Source: Tubiluchus corallicola
Taxonomy: Eukaryota > Animalia > Priapulida
Length of the DNA stretch: 59,359 nucleotides
Assembly (NCBI GenBank): GCA_030141605.1
Contig: JAQGDQ010001149.1
Location: 1 to 59,359 of the forward strand
Reading direction: 5' to 3'
The position numbers and the translations under genes were made by a program. This document shows, piece after piece, positions 58,096 through 59,359 of the stretch (position 1 is the stretch's first letter; every line of letters starts with the position of its first letter). The notes below the pieces were generated by a model, which saw only the letters and a program-made list of their open reading frames with translations, did not search any database and was not told where the DNA came from.

Positions 58096-58101
<6 letters not shown>

Positions 58102-58320
58102 TACTATAAGTATACAATGAAATACTAACTACCGGACTGAAAGTGTCACAACAATAAATTTCTACGTAGGTCCTTGCACCCAAACAACAAAGGACGTTAT
58201 TATTGTTATTATAATTCTTTAATTTAAAAACTATGTACAAAATACATTCCCTGTATTTGTAGGGATATGTTTAACATTTCTGAAAGCATTTACTACGTAG
58301 TAAGCATATTAACACACACA

Positions 58321-58352
<32 letters not shown>

Positions 58353-58380
58353 AACACACCTACACACACACACACGCACA

Positions 58381-58454
<74 letters not shown>

Positions 58455-59359
58455 ATTTAAAATCTGACGCATAAGACACAATGAACAACAACCATCATAC
58501 ACAATAGACATAGTTACAAATTATAATCCATCACAACATACATACATAATAAAACATAACGAACATATTTTAATACATAGTAATAAAAATCTACACGCAT
58601 TACACACAACGAAAAACAGCGAGTACAATTATAATAAACATAATTACCAATTCTAGTGCAACACATAATCATAAATAAAAACAAAACAGCATATAGAAAA
58701 AGTAAACACCTGCTCCAAATAGAATTCTGTCCAAGAATTCTACTGCCTCGGCAAATTTTTGTCGCCTCAACTGTCCGTTGGACTGCTAGACGCCTCGGAT
58801 CGAAGCCAGCGTACACAAAGCCATCCTTGAATCCACACACCCAAGCACAGACAATCCTGTTATGTGTAAAATGAAGCTTGAGTACTGACAAATCAATTCT
58901 ATTAGCAGAGATGAAATTGATGTCTGACCCAGCTGGAAAGCAAATGAATTGAAAGCAAGAAAAGACCACTGCTGTTATAGTCTAGGCATGCGACGTTAAT
59001 CAACTCAATCAACCGTGACAAGTTAAACGTCTTTTATTGACGGGCAGACAGACAGACAAACGGACGGACAGCATTTGAATGCCAACACAAAATGACAAAC
59101 TGGAAAATTTTCTTTAAAAGATGTAATCGTTGTCGCAAATGGCCGTAATCGCCAGCAAAACGAAATGTCTGCTGAAATGTGGTCTTTTTTCCATTAAAGG
59201 CCAGAAGGAGTCAACGCTAGAACGCAAGCAAGACGTTTAATGTTAAACTTTAAAAAGTTCGTTGCTTCGAAATTCATATCAAAACTTATATACACGTGTA
59301 CAATCCTATCGTTAATTAAAGAACAAGCAATCTAAAACAAATTAGGACAAATACCCACT
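58090..59359 (+). repeat. Direct copy of 50879-52152
   Basis: Offset 7211 before and 7207 after the GCAC/CA tract (net 4-bp difference); otherwise apparently identical to the window end. Confidence 0.95.

Overview
AT-rich, repeat-dense animal (probably invertebrate) genomic DNA, not prokaryotic. The only host coding sequence I can support is two internal minus-strand exons of an MCC (mutated in colorectal cancer)-like gene at 15864-16126 and 5863-6020. They splice in frame across a 9.8-kb GT-AG intron, and the first and later exons appear to lie outside the window. The rest is intron-like. It holds many non-autonomous TTAA-flanked TIR elements (Kolobok-like AGGA..TCCT termini, at least 3 families), a hAT-like MITE, tRNA-derived SINE heads, 5'-truncated non-LTR retrotransposon ends (two with clear TSDs), about 10 minisatellites and long microsatellites. 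The most striking structure is a near-identical triplication of 50.9-52.15 kb at the window end, forming a ~960-bp-arm palindrome (57137-59359). It could be a real template-switch rearrangement or an assembly artefact. Other notable items are a hAT MITE carrying filler DNA copied from two neighbouring loci, inverted duplications anchored on transposon ends, and microsatellites seeded by retroposon tails. I found no CRISPR array, no intact transposase or reverse transcriptase, and no convincing novel multi-gene system. Nearly all ORFs in the supplied track are repeat artefacts.
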